Part shown: positions 1 to 13,800 of the stretch, one piece after another
Numbering within the stretch: the first letter of the stretch is position 1
How the letters are laid out: every line of letters begins with the position of its first letter
NCBI RefSeq assembly: GCF_006345805.1
Contig: NC_042997.1
Coordinates: 120,652,001 to 120,716,000 of the forward strand
Direction: 5' to 3'
From: Octopus sinensis
Taxonomy: Eukaryota
Length of the DNA: 64,000 bases
Program-made: the position numbers and the translations under genes
Notes under the pieces: model-generated
The model's input: the letters and a program-made list of their open reading frames with translations, nothing else
Databases searched by the model: none
Told to the model about the DNA's origin: nothing

Positions 1-148
1 ATGTATATTTGTATGTACGCATCTATCTATCAATCTATCAATTATATATATATATATACATATATACATATATACATACACATGTATATATACATCCATA
101 CATACATGCATAACACATACGTATATACACATGTATGTATATATGTAC

Positions 149-186
<38 letters not shown>

Positions 187-195
187 GAGAGAGAG
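1..195. repeat. Compound microsatellite (TA/TACA/GA)
   Basis: Direct tandem TA, CATA and GA runs. Confidence 0.95.
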
Positions 196-261
196 AGAGA
201 AAGAGAGTGTGAGAAAGGGGGATTTGTATATGTATTTATATATTTTTATTATTTTATGTGT

Positions 262-469
262 TTTGGATGTTTGACTGTGGCCATGCTGGGGCACCGCTTT
301 TAGTCGAGCCAATCGACCGTAGGACTTATTTTTTGTAAGCCTAGTAGTTATTCTATCTCTTGTCGGACCGCTAAGTTACTCGGACGGAAGCATACCAGCA
401 TCGGTTGGCAAGCGATGTTGAGGGGTCCAAACACAGATACGCAAACATACACACACACATACACACATG

Positions 470-515
<46 letters not shown>

Positions 516-618
516 AACAAAGGGGCTTTTTCCAGTTTCCCTCTAACCCACTCACAAGGTTTTGGTCGGCACGAGGCTGTAGCAGAAGAGTGAACCCGGA
601 AACTTACCACTCAACCTC
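262..618 (-). mobile_element. Octopus-type SINE, degraded (family A)
   Basis: Reverse complement matches the copies at 18237 and 42745: GCGGTGCCCCAGCATGGCCACAGTCAAA tail, central (TG)n/(TA)n, and the CCGACCAAAACCTTGTGAGTGG block. Confidence 0.85.
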
Positions 619-637
619 ATATATATATACATATATA

Positions 638-714
<77 letters not shown>

Positions 715-1240
715 GGGTGCTATTTCCAACGTGGTGGTATCTCTTAGATACCCTAAATTATAAATTTAATAATAATTATTACATTTGAAGATATTATTCC
801 CATGCTGGCTACCTGATAGGGATAGGAAGGAAATGTAAAGAATAAATATGGCCGAGGAGTGAGAGGCGGGTTGATCTGTTTGAAAGGCAATAAGGTGGAG
901 AGGTGGGTAAAAAATTGGTACGGGTCGGGTTACTAAAGTGCGTAGTAAACCCTAGAAAGAAAGGGAAGAATAAAGTATATAATGGCCAAGTTTCTAAAAA
1001 TAGACACAGGTCTTTATTGTACTGGCTAATATCATAGTGGAGACTGAGGAATCAGAGTGAGAAAGATAGAAGTGTATACTGTTACACGCATGTGCGCACG
1101 CATATATACATAAACTTGTGCATATGTACTATTATATAGGCCCGCATACTTATGTAATTTTAAACCCATACGCATATATGCACACACAGTCATACACAAA
1201 CACGTGCGCGCACACATACATACACACACGCGCGCGCACG

Positions 1241-1272
<32 letters not shown>

Positions 1273-1423
1273 CCTTTACATATTCATTTTGTAAGATTCT
1301 TGATGTGAATTCGTGTGTTGAAAGAGATATTGTTGTATTTGGGGATGGTCAATTTACCAGTTAATCCACTGAAAACACGCGCACTACATATTTGGTGTTC
1401 ACTTGCTTCAGCTTTATTTTATA

Positions 1424-1817
1424 CTAGCAGTATCGCCCGGCGTTTCCTCGGGTTTATTTCGACCCTTTAGAACTGGAATTTTTGAAAAGTAAAAACTTTA
1501 CATTATGTAACTTACATTATGTAGCTCTTTAAGTGATTTTTTTTCTGATTTAAATACACCGAAAAATGGCGACACAGCAGTCAAAATATCATAAAAAATA
1601 GGAACTTTCATTGAATAATGCATCGTTACGATGTAAATAATTTTTGATCTTAACATGGTCCGATTTGAATTTTTTCCTTTTACAGAATGAAGAGCGAGCC
1701 TTCTTTTATCATGCTCTCAATTTTGGTCAACTTGCGCCGTAGTGTCTCAGAGGAGATAGTATTAGTTGAAGGCTACCAAACCTGCCATACACAGAAAACT
1801 TCAGCTTTATATATATA
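1424..1817 (-). mobile_element. Non-autonomous Helitron (~0.4 kb)
   Basis: Minus strand ends CCCGAGGAAACGCCGGG-CGATACTG-CTAG|T (hairpin plus CTAG at 1424-1427), nearly identical to the 3' end of the 7830-13958 Helitron. Its 5' TATATATAAAGCTGAAG abuts the Tc1 TIR. Confidence 0.8.
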
Positions 1818-3443
1818 CAGTTGCGGCCAAAGTGTTCAGAACGGCATTGTTTTTGTCAGAAAAGTAGATATAAGTTTTTATCAAAGTTGTTTTATATGGT
1901 ATAATTTTCACAGACAATAAATACAATATTATTTGTTATTGTCCGCGATTTTGGTGTAATTTGAGTAGATAATACAAAAGTTATGGATGATTTAGTGATT
2001 TACTGCAAAGCCCATGGCGGCCAAAATGATCAGAACGGTTGAAAAAGTAACGAAATAATCAAAAAGTTACAGAGAATGCTGGAATTATTTCATATTTAGT
2101 GTGAAGCCCTTTCGCTTCAATCAAAGCTTGACATTTTCGACTGCATGGGGAAATTAAATTTTCAATTTCTTGCTGGGTGACCTTATTCCATTCTTACTGA
2201 AGGGCATTCCATAATTGCTCGGTTATTTTAGGATTTCTGGCTTTCGAACGTTCTCCTAGAATATTCCACTCATTTTCAATAGGATTTAGGTCTAGTCTTT
2301 GAGCAGGCCAATCCATAACAATAACCTATTCAGCCTTGACGAAGTTCATGACCACCTTAGCCTTGTGACATGGAGCATTGTCCTGCATGAATATGGGTGG
2401 TCGCTTAGTTGAATTTCTCAGCACAGGCAAGACATGATCTTTTACAAGTTGTTTATAAACTCCTGCATTTACCTTTCCATGTAATCGCACCAAAGGGCCC
2501 ACAACATCGCGAGATATCATCTCCCAAACCATGATACTTCCTCCACCGAATTTAACACTGGTCTTAAGGTATTTAGACGACAATGTTTCACCTACTTTTC
2601 GACGAACGTACCTTTTCCCATCTGAGCCAAATAACATAAACTTACATTCATCACTGAAATGCACCGATTGCCATTTTTCTTGAGACCACAACACAAGTTC
2701 GGTTGCAAAAGTAAGACGACACTTTTTTATTCTTGGAGCTGATCAGTGGCTTCACTGCAGGTGCTCTTGCTTGTAGGCCATGTTCAACTAAACGACGAGA
2801 CAGTTTTTCGAGATAAAGTTTTCGTTAGTACAATGCACATTTCCGAAAAACAGCAGCAGCAGTTTTAAATCTGTCCTTTTTAACCAACTTTACCATAGCA
2901 CGATCTTCTCTCTTGGTCGTTTTCTTGGCCTACCTGTAGACTTTCTTGCTTCACACGAACCACAGTCATCGGAGACCTTATGAATACCGTGAACAACACT
3001 TTTTGATTGTTAACAATCTTTGCAATAGACCTAATACGTAGATTATCCTTCTTTCGAAGCTTAATAATCTGCTGACGAATTGGTAACGGAGTAAGTGGCA
3101 TTATGTTAACAAAGTACACTGCAGATATTCTTACTAATGTTTAGTAAACGAACTGTCACGTAAACAAATTCAAAACATTAGAGTTCGACAGTTAAATATA
3201 CTAAAACATGGAGTAAAAGCAACCGTTCTGATCATTTTGGCCGCCATGGGTTTTGCAGTAAATCACTAAATCATCCATAACTTTTGTATTATCTACTCAA
3301 ATTACACCAAAATCGCGGACAATAACAAATAATATTGTATTTATTGTCTGTGAAAATTATAGAATATAAAACAACTTTGATAAAAACTTATATCTACTTT
3401 TCTGATGAAAACAATGCCGTTCTGAACACTTTGGCAGCAACTG
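1818..3443 (-). mobile_element. Tc1-family DNA transposon, IR/DR type, copy 1 (1626 bp)
   Basis: 224-bp TIRs (1818-2041, 3220-3443) starting CAGTTG, flanked by TA on both sides. Each TIR has two 22-bp direct repeats (1823-1844 and 2017-2038). Confidence 0.95.
2089..3101 (-). pseudogene. Tc1 transposase (DD34E family), frameshifted
   Basis: ORF pieces MPLTPLPIRQQII..., VHFSDECKF, GGGSIMVWEMIS, FMQDNAPCHKAK; several frameshifts and stops. Confidence 0.93.
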
Positions 3444-3448
3444 TATAT

Positions 3449-3530
<82 letters not shown>

Positions 3531-3544
3531 TATATATATTAATT

Positions 3545-3887
3545 GTATTTCGACAAGAATTCTTTCGTCACACTCTTTGACCTCATCAGTGGTCCTTTGC
3601 TTTCTTCCGATCTGCCATTTTGTATTCCTAATGTATGAGTCTTTATTTTAACTTCTATGTTGTCGAGCGAGCCTCCGTGCTCCTGCTTGGCCTGCTGGTA
3701 TAGAACCGATGAGCTCTTCTCTTCCTTAAGTTATCTCCAATGCTCATTTACCCGCTCTCCTATGCGCCGTGTTATTTCTCCTACATACGTTGTTGTCTTG
3801 TTACTTCATCGTCCATCAATACATCTTATATTGTATGTAGATTTTAGCCCACAGACAAACTGTAAAGCTAGGACTGTAGTATATAGT
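3545..3887 (-). mobile_element. 5'-truncated Penelope-like element fragment (GIY-YIG C-terminal part plus pLTR remnant)
   Basis: Homologous to 29510-29740 (TTYVGE..R.IGERVN.HW) and to the 30290-30390 terminal region. The 5'-most 58 bp (3830-3887) are inverted. Confidence 0.85.
3551..3595 (-). ncRNA. Minimal type I hammerhead ribozyme motif (PLE-associated)
   Basis: Minus strand: GGACCA-CTGATGA-G-GTCA(aagagtg)TGAC-GAAA-GAAT-TC-TTGTCG. Core intact, stem I partly mismatched. Confidence 0.7.
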
Positions 3888-6850
3888 GTGCTCGAATGGA
3901 TTCCACTATTCAAAACTTCTGTTCTGTTCCCAGAAAATACTTCATCCTGAATAGTTATTTTCCACGGATTCCAGTATTTGACAATGTTGACAGGAGGATC
4001 TTGTAGTCGACTCTGTCGAACGCTTTACTGAAGTTAAGCTATATGATACCAGAATTTTAAGGAAATCATGGATGTGATATAAAAGCTATGCTACACAGTC
4101 CCTGCCACAGCAAAAGTCATGATGGTTGAAATTTAGAAGTTTATGGCACTCCAGGAAGTAAGTTATTCTTGATCTTACCGCTCAGTTTGATGATATGAGA
4201 ATTGAGTGAAATGAGACGAGAGTTAACTGCAATATACCTGCTTTCCTTTTTGAAGACGGGGATATGAGATTGGAATAACTACTGTTTCGGTATATAGCCT
4301 GAGTCTAAAGAATTTCTTCAGGAGTCGGTTAGAGGGATTGCAAGTATTGTCTACTTTCCTTCATAGCACTAGCGGATGATGTATCAGGACATACATTTAT
4401 TGCTGTTATGATGTCTAAAGCAGTAAATTTTATGCCAAAATAATATGTTTAGCATTGATTTCGTTCATAACTCCTGCATCAATATCAGTGGTGTTACTAA
4501 AGACAAAACAGTATTGTTTCTGCAGTATTTTTGCCATTATTTTTACGTCATGTTGGAGAGTGCTGTTATCATCAATCAGTGGATGAACGGGTGAGACAGT
4601 GGCCCAGTAGTTTTCGGCATAGAATAGAACACTTTCGAGTTCTATTTTATTTTTAATTATCCAGTTTTTCGTAATTGCTCTTTGATTTGAGATGTAGATT
4701 TTCATGGTAAACTGCAGACGATGTATTTCTCACTCGAGCCATTTAATTGCTGTTGAATGCGAATGCAGCTGTTGCTAGTATTTTAATTGGCGTATTTCTT
4801 CTATTATTAAGGTTTTTTAAAATTATTTTATTATTAAGTTTTTTTTATTCTCCTAATTAGTGTTTTTATTTTAATCTTTAGAGCCTGTATTTATTAGTGC
4901 TCACGCGGTTTGTAGGAGCATGATTTCAGCATGTATATGTAACAACAATTCTAAAACGCTGCATGGTTCTTTCAATGTCAGAGAAGCACTGAGTGAAGAA
5001 CCATTCGGTGTGTGACAAATGTTTTTTTAGTGGCTTTCCTGTTTACTTTGTGAAAGTTGATGTAGTCGAACAGATGTTCCGTTTGGTTATGACATATCGG
5101 AAACGACAGAAACCATGTTAAGGAAAAGGAGATTTTTCAACTGAAATGCTATGTATAGCTTTAGTTTGTTAATGTCAGGTCCAGGTTCAATTTGTCTTAT
5201 CTCTTTGGGTCAAGCGCGTTCGATTTGGAAAAATTAATGCATTAAACCAAATAGTAATTCTGCTGCTGCTTTGCATGTTGTAGTGCAGTTCCCTAGCTTC
5301 AGAGTATTTATAGGCAAGTTCACAAATGGGAGCATAATATATGTTCCTTGAATTGTATTTTCGAGAGGAGACTTGAATTCTTTGAGGCACATTTTAAAGC
5401 AGTGTAGGAGTGATTCATAAGGCGTGCAGAGACCGGCAATATTTATGTCATTAACTTCCTTGAATAACGATATGGATTCTGAGTTACTATTTGAAAATAT
5501 GTCTTTGGCATCCAAAGAATCGTGGTTAAAAGTGGCTGCTCATTCATCGTATTGGTCTGTGCGATCTACACGGATGAATGTGATTTTTTTTTTACCAGCC
5601 CGACATTCATATGTATGTTGTTTATGTGAATTTCCTCACGGATGACGAAAAGGATGCAAAAGAGTGTGATTTCCACAGCCAGCTCTTCATGTATAAAATC
5701 TACCAGTTTGGGGTTATTCAATGAAGGGGTCGATGTCACCTAAATGTAGCAGTAATGTTGAACTGTAGTTTGGTTGTTGTTTGTATTGTAATAATTACTT
5801 TGTTTTAGGTATTTTGTTATTCAGTGGCAAAATTCAGGATAGTTTTTGTAAGGAACTCTTTGTGAGAAGTGGTATTGTAATTCAGTGGTCTCAAGCATTT
5901 ATTGCCTAGCGACCCCTTTGATTACTATTTTACTCATGTGAACCTCTACAGTTGATGTATATAAAAATCCCACTGAAGTTTTACAATTTAATATTATTAG
6001 GAATTGTACAAAACATTAAAATATTCTGCGTATTGTAAAAGTTACCCAAAAACAACTTTATATGGACGCCCAAATATCACATGGACTTCGGTTAAGATAC
6101 ACTATTCTAGTAAATGTTGCTGAGTATTCCTAGAGCTTTTAATATACGACTGCTGACAGCCGCTGAACCTCCAAGCTTTGGTCGGGCTTCGTGTTCTTCA
6201 GATTAGTCAGTAAAAAGAAATTTCCCTTTTGGTTTGTCATTAAATGAAGTGATATATAGTGCTTTTTTAGTTTATTTCGTTTCCCTATTGTTCTTTCTGA
6301 TTGATAGGGTTATTCGACGGTAGGTATTAGGAAGTGCACTGTGGTTTTATTTCGTTTTGGGTGCACCTCCCTTATGCTCTTTGTTTTTCATTTGTTTTGA
6401 GCCAATCAGATGGCGGTAGCTGCATTCCGGATTCAGGTAAATTCTTACAGAGAGAGAATTGGGACATAGTTTAGGATGGAAGAAGGCACACATTTGTTGC
6501 ATCCATATTTAGGGACAGGCTAAAGGCTTATTGAGATGACCCCCAACCTGTTGTCATGGAATCAGGTGCTATTCTGCACCCACTGACCAGTATAACTTCT
6601 AGATTTTCCATATTCTCATGAATTCTTTGATTGCATTCGCAGTTTTTATGTTCTGTAAAAAAGATTTTGAAGCTAATGTTACCCCTATTTTACTGTAAAT
6701 ACTGGCTGTTTCATCATCGTAGGTCGCTAGGTGTTCCAAGCTTTTGTTAGAGCATTCATTTTATTATATAGCCAGTGACGTTCCATAGAGCTATTTGCCA
6801 TGTTCAGTAGATAGAGTACTATTCTATACTAGACACTAGTTATTGGTCAG
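3888..6850 (-). mobile_element. Old degenerate CR1/L2-group LINE relic (ORF1 zinc-finger remnant, APE endonuclease, 5' half of RT)
   Basis: Minus-strand translation gives FSKAFDRVDYKILL (~4000), KGSRYIAVNSRLISLNSHIIK (~4200), an endonuclease-like stretch 5234-5650 (R.DR; FKMCLKEF..LENT...IMLPFVNLP), and AFFHPKLCPNSL...NPECSYRH (~6420-6500). The 5' limit is approximate. Confidence 0.75.
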
Positions 6851-6995
6851 TTAGATAATTCAGTTTAATATATAATTGTGTTTGATGCCTTTACCCAAAA
6901 TTTCTCATAAAAGCCTCTTCCTATAAAGCTAGTTTTAAGTCTCTTTCTACGTTGTTTCTGAGCATAAACTATAATTTTCTAATCGGATTATTTAA

Positions 6996-7211
6996 CCCTT
7001 TAGCATTCAAACCATATCATGCCAAACTATTTAATCTGTTTTATGTTGAAACCGACCAGATCTGGCCTCTAAACACAACCCTACAACGTCATTCCAAAAA
7101 TAAGCAATCACATCATCTATATTTCTAAACCACAAGATAATGCATGATTAATTCAAAACAATATACACAAACAAGCATTATATTTTACGAAATAATCTGC
7201 AAACCAAAGGG
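6996..7211. mobile_element. piggyBac-like MITE
   Basis: TTAA|CCCTTT ... AAAGGG|TTAA: TTAA target duplication (6992-6995, 7212-7215) and CCC/GGG termini; 216 bp, non-coding. Confidence 0.75.
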
Positions 7212-7829
7212 TTAAATATAATTTTAGAACAGTGTATAACTTAATATTTATTATCAGCTACAATTTCATTCCTAGCACAACATTTTACTACAGAGCACTC
7301 CTAATCCTACTAATTGAAGAAGAAAATATTGAAATCGTCGTTTTATTAAAAATTTAAGAAAAGAATTTATCCTGAAGGAAACTATCTTGCAAACAAATTT
7401 GAAAAACAGAGACAGAAAAATATAAATAAAATAAATGCACCTGAAATTCGTTTCTTTTGTGCTTTGTAATTTATTATTTATTAACAATCCATTGTGATTG
7501 TAAAAACAACTATGCTCTCTCAATTGACTAATATGTGTGGTCTGAACCACTCCTTTTCCACTATTGTTTCTCTAACTAACAGATAACGAATGCAGCTCTA
7601 TAAATAGAACTGGCAATGTTTTTGTTTAAGACTCAATGAATTTATATTTAGACTAGGAAGAACTAAAAAGGAATAAAAATGAAATAACATGTAAACACAT
7701 ACGCACACACATAGCGAAAACATTTTTGTAAACAAACATATAAGCGTGCAGTGAGTCAATGTTCTACTAAAGATAAAGGGAATCTCGAACGCAGGCTGTC
7801 TGTGAGGACAACTTAGAAAATCGGATAAA

Positions 7830-10800
7830 TCTCTCTATATATAAACGGCAGTTTGTCTGTGCGTGCTTCTGTGTGTCTGTTTTCTCGTACCCTCACCCTG
7901 ACCACGGCTTTCAACCGATTCTGATAAAACTTGACACACACATAGCCCAATGTCATAATTCAAAACTAACGCAGCGAAAATTTTGAAAAGTTCCCCCAGT
8001 TCTGAAAAAAATTGATAAATTCGACATGGGGTCGAGAATCATAAACACGAACCACAGACTGTCTAGGGGGCGCAACTCGAGAATCTAAGCTTTTTTTATG
8101 CAACGCATTATCTATGGTAGTTTTCACAACTTGCAATCGATTTTCACCAAACTCATGGTGAAGCTTAATGTTACCCTAAGAAATCAATTCTGACGTAGTT
8201 TTCCATGCAATACCTACCATCAGAAACAATCGATAAAATCATGCCATTTTGGGAAATCGCGTTCAAATTCAAGATGACATATTTTCGACAATATCTTTCA
8301 CAAATTGGCAGAATCTTTTTTTTTTCACAACGAGCATCATGTCTGCTCCAAGGAGCTATATAGCCCTTTTTATTCCAATAGGATACATTATTGGAAAAAA
8401 TCGGTTAATTTAATCATATGTGGCACACATAGCAAACAAATTTGTGTATATTAAACACAAACCAGACTGTCTAGGGGACGCAACTTGACCTTTTTAGCTA
8501 TCGATAATTCGATCCAACCAATTCCTACCAGGAAGAAGAAATTACATTCGAGACTTTACCCCAACACCCGCCATTCTGCTAATAGCTGCTGCAGCCGCAA
8601 GTTATTCGAATACTTTTTTGTTTAAACTTTCTTTATAACTACCACCCCAAACGTTTTACCTTCAATTTGACGTACCCTAACGGTCCTCGACGCTACTTGC
8701 AAAAACTTTGATTATTATAAACCACTTTTGTCGTGTGCATCAAAAAACTTTTCCTTTCGTTTGTTCAGTTTGATCACTTTTGACTTTTTCGTTGTTGTCA
8801 CTCACATTGCTGCCAGCTTTTTGGCCGTTTGTACATTTTTATACATTTTCAGATACTTACCCCACGAGCTCCTTTTTATTACACCTTTACCAAACACATT
8901 GCTATCCACCAAAATACTTACCCACGTGTTCCTTTTATTACACCTTTGCAAAACACATTGCTATCCACCAAAATGCCACCCAAGAAGAGAAGGACCCTCC
9001 TCAGCCCTCGGACGGCCAAGGCATCGACTGCTAGGGCTAGAAGGGCACGCGAGACCCACGAGGAAACCGCCTTGCGCCTCTCGCAAACAGCTTCCCCTTA
9101 TGCCGCTGCTCAGGCATCTGAAACTACTAGCGACCGTTCTACCCGACTTGCAAGGGTTCGCAGCGTACAGATCTTCCCTCCGCTCGAGGTTGACGAAAAG
9201 AGCAACAGTCCAGCCAAAACCATGCGGGTTCTTACTGTGCTTCCATCCGCAGAGCTCGCGAGAACCCCGAACAAAGGGCCATTCGGAATGCGGCTAACGC
9301 CACTAGCACCGCGGGACACGATCTGTCGAAACCTCACAGCAGAGGAGAACTCGCCAAGATGCTGACGCCGCAACAAAGCCATGGCCAAACTGCCGAAACA
9401 CCTCAACAGAGGAGAGCTCGCCAAAGCTGAAACGCCGCAAACACAGCCAGGGCTCGATCTGCCGAAACTCCACACCAACGGACTATTCGGACATCCAGAC
9501 ATGCCATTAACACTGCTTCTGCTAGGGCTTCAGAGGGTGCTGAGGCGAGGCCTGTGAAAGGCTTCCAAGGGACGCCACTGCTACCGCTGTCGCACGTGCA
9601 TCTGAATCTGCTGAGGCACGGTGCACTCGACTTGAGAGTATCAACAAAACGTCGGGATATCATTCGTGGTGTACGTACCCCTGCCCCCGCTTTCTGGTTG
9701 TCACTAGCATTCAACTACGACGCCACAATTAACTTCCCCTTGCGTGACGACATCAAGATAGGGTCAATGACAATGTATGCCAATTTTGCAAAGCCAAGAA
9801 AATGGGCCCGGAGAGCCACCTGGTTTGTGCTGCTCTGGTGGCAAAGTGGACCTGCCACCCCTACGGGAACCACCTCAACCACTGAAGGATCTCGCGGGGG
9901 GTTTAACCCCCGATTCGTCACAATTCCTTGAAATAATTCGAAAGTACAACTGCTCATTCCAAATGACCTCTTTCGGGGCCAAAATTCCTCCCAGAGAAGG
10001 CTGGATGCCTACTTTCAAAGTGCAGGGACAAGGTCTACCATCTTATTGGGTCACTTCTGCCAGACGAGATTCAGCAGTCTTCTTTCCTCCAAATATACTT
10101 CATTGCCGACTACAACCACCAGGTTGATGCACGCCTTGGAATAATACCGGGTACAAGCTATGTTCCCCGCAAAGACATTCTTCTCCGTCTCCAAACCATG
10201 CTTCATGATATCAACAGCTACGTCTGCAGCTCAGATATGCCTTGGACAGTGCTCCATCTCCAAACTTCACCGTTGTCATTGATGCTGATAACGACCCCAC
10301 GGGGAGCACGAACGCCGTTTCAACGCACCTGCGTGCAACGAAATTGCCGCAGTCATACACGGAGAGCAACACAACACCGTGACATAATCATCTCCTCCCG
10401 TGGTAACAACCTACACAGGATCAGCGAGACTCACAGATCTTATGACGCGCTTCAGTATCCATTGCTTTCCCTTTATGGGGAAGACGGCTACACACTTCGG
10501 AATTTCTTTACGGCAGCCCTCCAATGAAACTACTGCGGCATCAAAGACGGTTTCCTGCAGAGCGTTCTACTCATACCGGTCATGGTCAGGGAGGGTAAGT
10601 TCAACTTATTGCCCCGTTTGTCGTCAGCTTTCAAACCAGTTCCCCGTAGACATGGCCGCAAAAATGGGATCGGAAAGGAAAGGCTGCTATACATTAAACT
10701 TAATCAGACCAAACTTCGCTCGGACTCCTACATTCATCTCCGTGACGGTTTGCAACAAGAAAATGACCCTCGCAACATCGGCAAGCCATGCATTCTACCC

Positions 10801-13800
10801 TCCACCTTCACGGGAGGACCGCGATATATGTGTGAAAGGACCCAAGACGGCCTTGACCTACGTGCGCATTTACGGCGGCCGGACCTCTTTATGACCTAAC
10901 AGTGCACATCCCAGCTGCGACGAAATCACTACTACGAACTCCTCCCCGGGTCAATCTCACACCCATCGACACGACATCGTTGCTAGGGTTTTTCCGTCTG
11001 AATTTGGGCAAAATAAAGGATTTGATAGTTAAGGGTCAGATTTTCGGGCATGTCAGGTTCCACATGTTTCGGTCGAGTGGCAAAAGAGGGGCTTGCCACA
11101 TGCTCACATCTTAATTTGGCTCACTCATAAAATCGAGACTAAGACATTGACAAATTCATTTCCGCCGAGATTCCTGACCCCGATGAGGACCCCGGACTCT
11201 ACGAAATTGTCCGCACTACCATGGTACACGGGCCCTGTGAACCAAATTACGCCAACACACATGCTACAAAAACGGATTAGCCTGCTCAAAGGGATTCCCT
11301 AAACGGTTCACTTTGGAGACTCAAACAGGCGGCGATGGGTATACGCTGTACAAACGAAGGAGTCCAGCCAATGGAGGCCGCACGATTACGGTTGGGCGAC
11401 ATCAAGTGGAAACACAGCTACATTGTCCCCTACTGCTCTCCTGTCGAAGATATTCAAAGCCCATATCAACGTTGAGTTCTGCAGCTCCATCAGGTCATAC
11501 AATATGTCTGCAAATATATCAACAAAGGCAGCGATGCTCCATGATCAGCATCCAGAGGACCACCAGTCGCGACGAAGTGTCCAACTACTTGGCTGGCCGG
11601 TACCTCAGCAGCAACGAAGCGTTTTGGCGCATTTACGGCTTCCCGCTCCATCAGAGACACCCGGCTGTGGTGCAGCTTGCTGTACACTTGGAAAATGGAC
11701 AGCGGATTTACTTCACAGAGCAAAGTGCTGTGCAGATAGCCACCAGCCCTAAAGACACAGCGTTGACTGGTTTCTTCAAATTATGCCAACGTGATGACTT
11801 CGCTCGAACGCTTTTGTACCCACAGGTCCCATCGTACTTCGTGTGGTCTAAAAACACCTGGGTTCGACGGAAATCCGGCAAAAACGTCGAAAGCTTCCCA
11901 GGCGTCAAGTTTGACGCCTGCCTGGGTCGAGTTTACAACATCCCGCCAAACCAGCAAGAATGCTTCTACCTCCGTCTCCTTCTACATGAGGTCACTGGTC
12001 CAACAGGTTTCGCCAATATACGTACCGTCAATGGGGTTCTGTGCGACACCTTCAGGGAAGCATGTATGAGACTGGCCTTCTAGAGGATGACTCCCAGTGG
12101 GACGCCACGATGGCAGAGGGTGCTTTACTGCAAACGCATTCGGCCCTACGACATCTTTTCGCAATCCTTCTTCAAAAATGTCAGCTTAGTGATCCACTAA
12201 GTCTCTGGATGAAATACAGGGATGACATGTCGCACGACTTCTTACGTACGGCTCAGCAACACTGCCCTTCCGCCGAGATCACGTTCACCAACTTCATTTA
12301 CAATTTTGCGCTCATTCAACTCGAAGACGCTGTCATCGATATGGGTGGGTCTGCTTTAACAGAGTACGGCCTTCCACCACCCACACGTGAACACGCAATG
12401 TTATGTCTGCTGAATTGTTACGCGAAACTTCCTACTGCATTGAGGAACGCACCAGTACGTCCAAGATAATGAACCACGGCTGCTTCCAGACCAGCGCATA
12501 GCCTACAACACCATCGTAGATTCTGTCAGACAGCAACGTGGGGGATTTTCTTCCTTGATGCCCGGCGGCACTGGCAAAACCTTCGTCACTAAACTAATTC
12601 TGGCAGAGGTCAGACGCAATACGGACATTGCCCTGGCTGTAGCTTCCTCTGGTATCGCGGCCACGTTGCTTCCGGTGGCAAACCGCCCACTCTGCCTTCA
12701 GACTCCCGCTCGATCTGGCAAAGTCCGAGTCACCTATCTGCAAACATCGCCAAGAACTCAGAACAGGCCGAAATTCTGCACAGATGCAAACTCATCGTAT
12801 GGGACGAGTGCACATGGCACACAAAGGCGCCCTTGAGGCATGGACAGGTCCCTGCAAGACATCAGAGACTCTACGGCCCCCATGGGAGGATTAACTTTAC
12901 TTCTTTCAGGAGACTTCAGGCAGACTCTACCTGTTATTCCAAAAGGAACCGTGCCGATGCCGTGCGCGCGTGCCTTAAGTCGTCAGCTCTTTGGGCACAT
13001 GGGGCCCTTGCACCTCCAAACTAACATGCGCGCGCAGTTAGTTGGTGACAGCGGATCCGCTGCATTCTCCAGGGACCCTCTATCGCTCGGTTGAAAATAG
13101 GATGCTGTCTGATGCGGATGGCTACGTTCAATTGGACTCACTTTGCCACCATTGTCGACACCTGCTAGCCGCCTCCGGGACGCTGTCTTCCACGACCTAC
13201 AAAACAATTTACGCGACCTAAAATGGCTGGCAGGCAGAGCTATTCTCGCACCCAAAAATACAACCGTCAACTCCATCAATATCCAGCTACTTGAAGCTAT
13301 TCCTGGTGATGTCCACTCTACAAATCTATAGATAGGACAGCAGACCCCGCCCAGCTTGCCGATTATCCTGTTGAATTCCTGAATTCACTTGAACCGCCAG
13401 GCTGCCACCACACATCCTGAAGTTAAAAGTCGGTGCGCCCATTATGCTCATCAGGAATTTGGTTCACCTAAACAGTGCAACGGCACACGTTGGTTGTGTG
13501 AAACATTTGGCACCACATTTAATAACGGCCACAATACTTACCGGTTGTGGGAAGGGAGAGGACGTCTTCATTCCACGGATGCCACCTTCAACCGTCGGCG
13601 CTGACCTACCAATCCACTTCAGGCGTTCTCAGTTTCCTGTTAAACTCTGCTTCGCAATGTCCATCAATAAATCCCAAGGCCAAACGCTACAAGTCGCTGG
13701 GTACATTTGGGCGAACAGTGCTTCGCCCACGGTCAACTCTACGTGGGCTGTTCACGCGTTGGGAGGCGCAATGATGTTTCATGTTTTCGCCCAAACGGAC

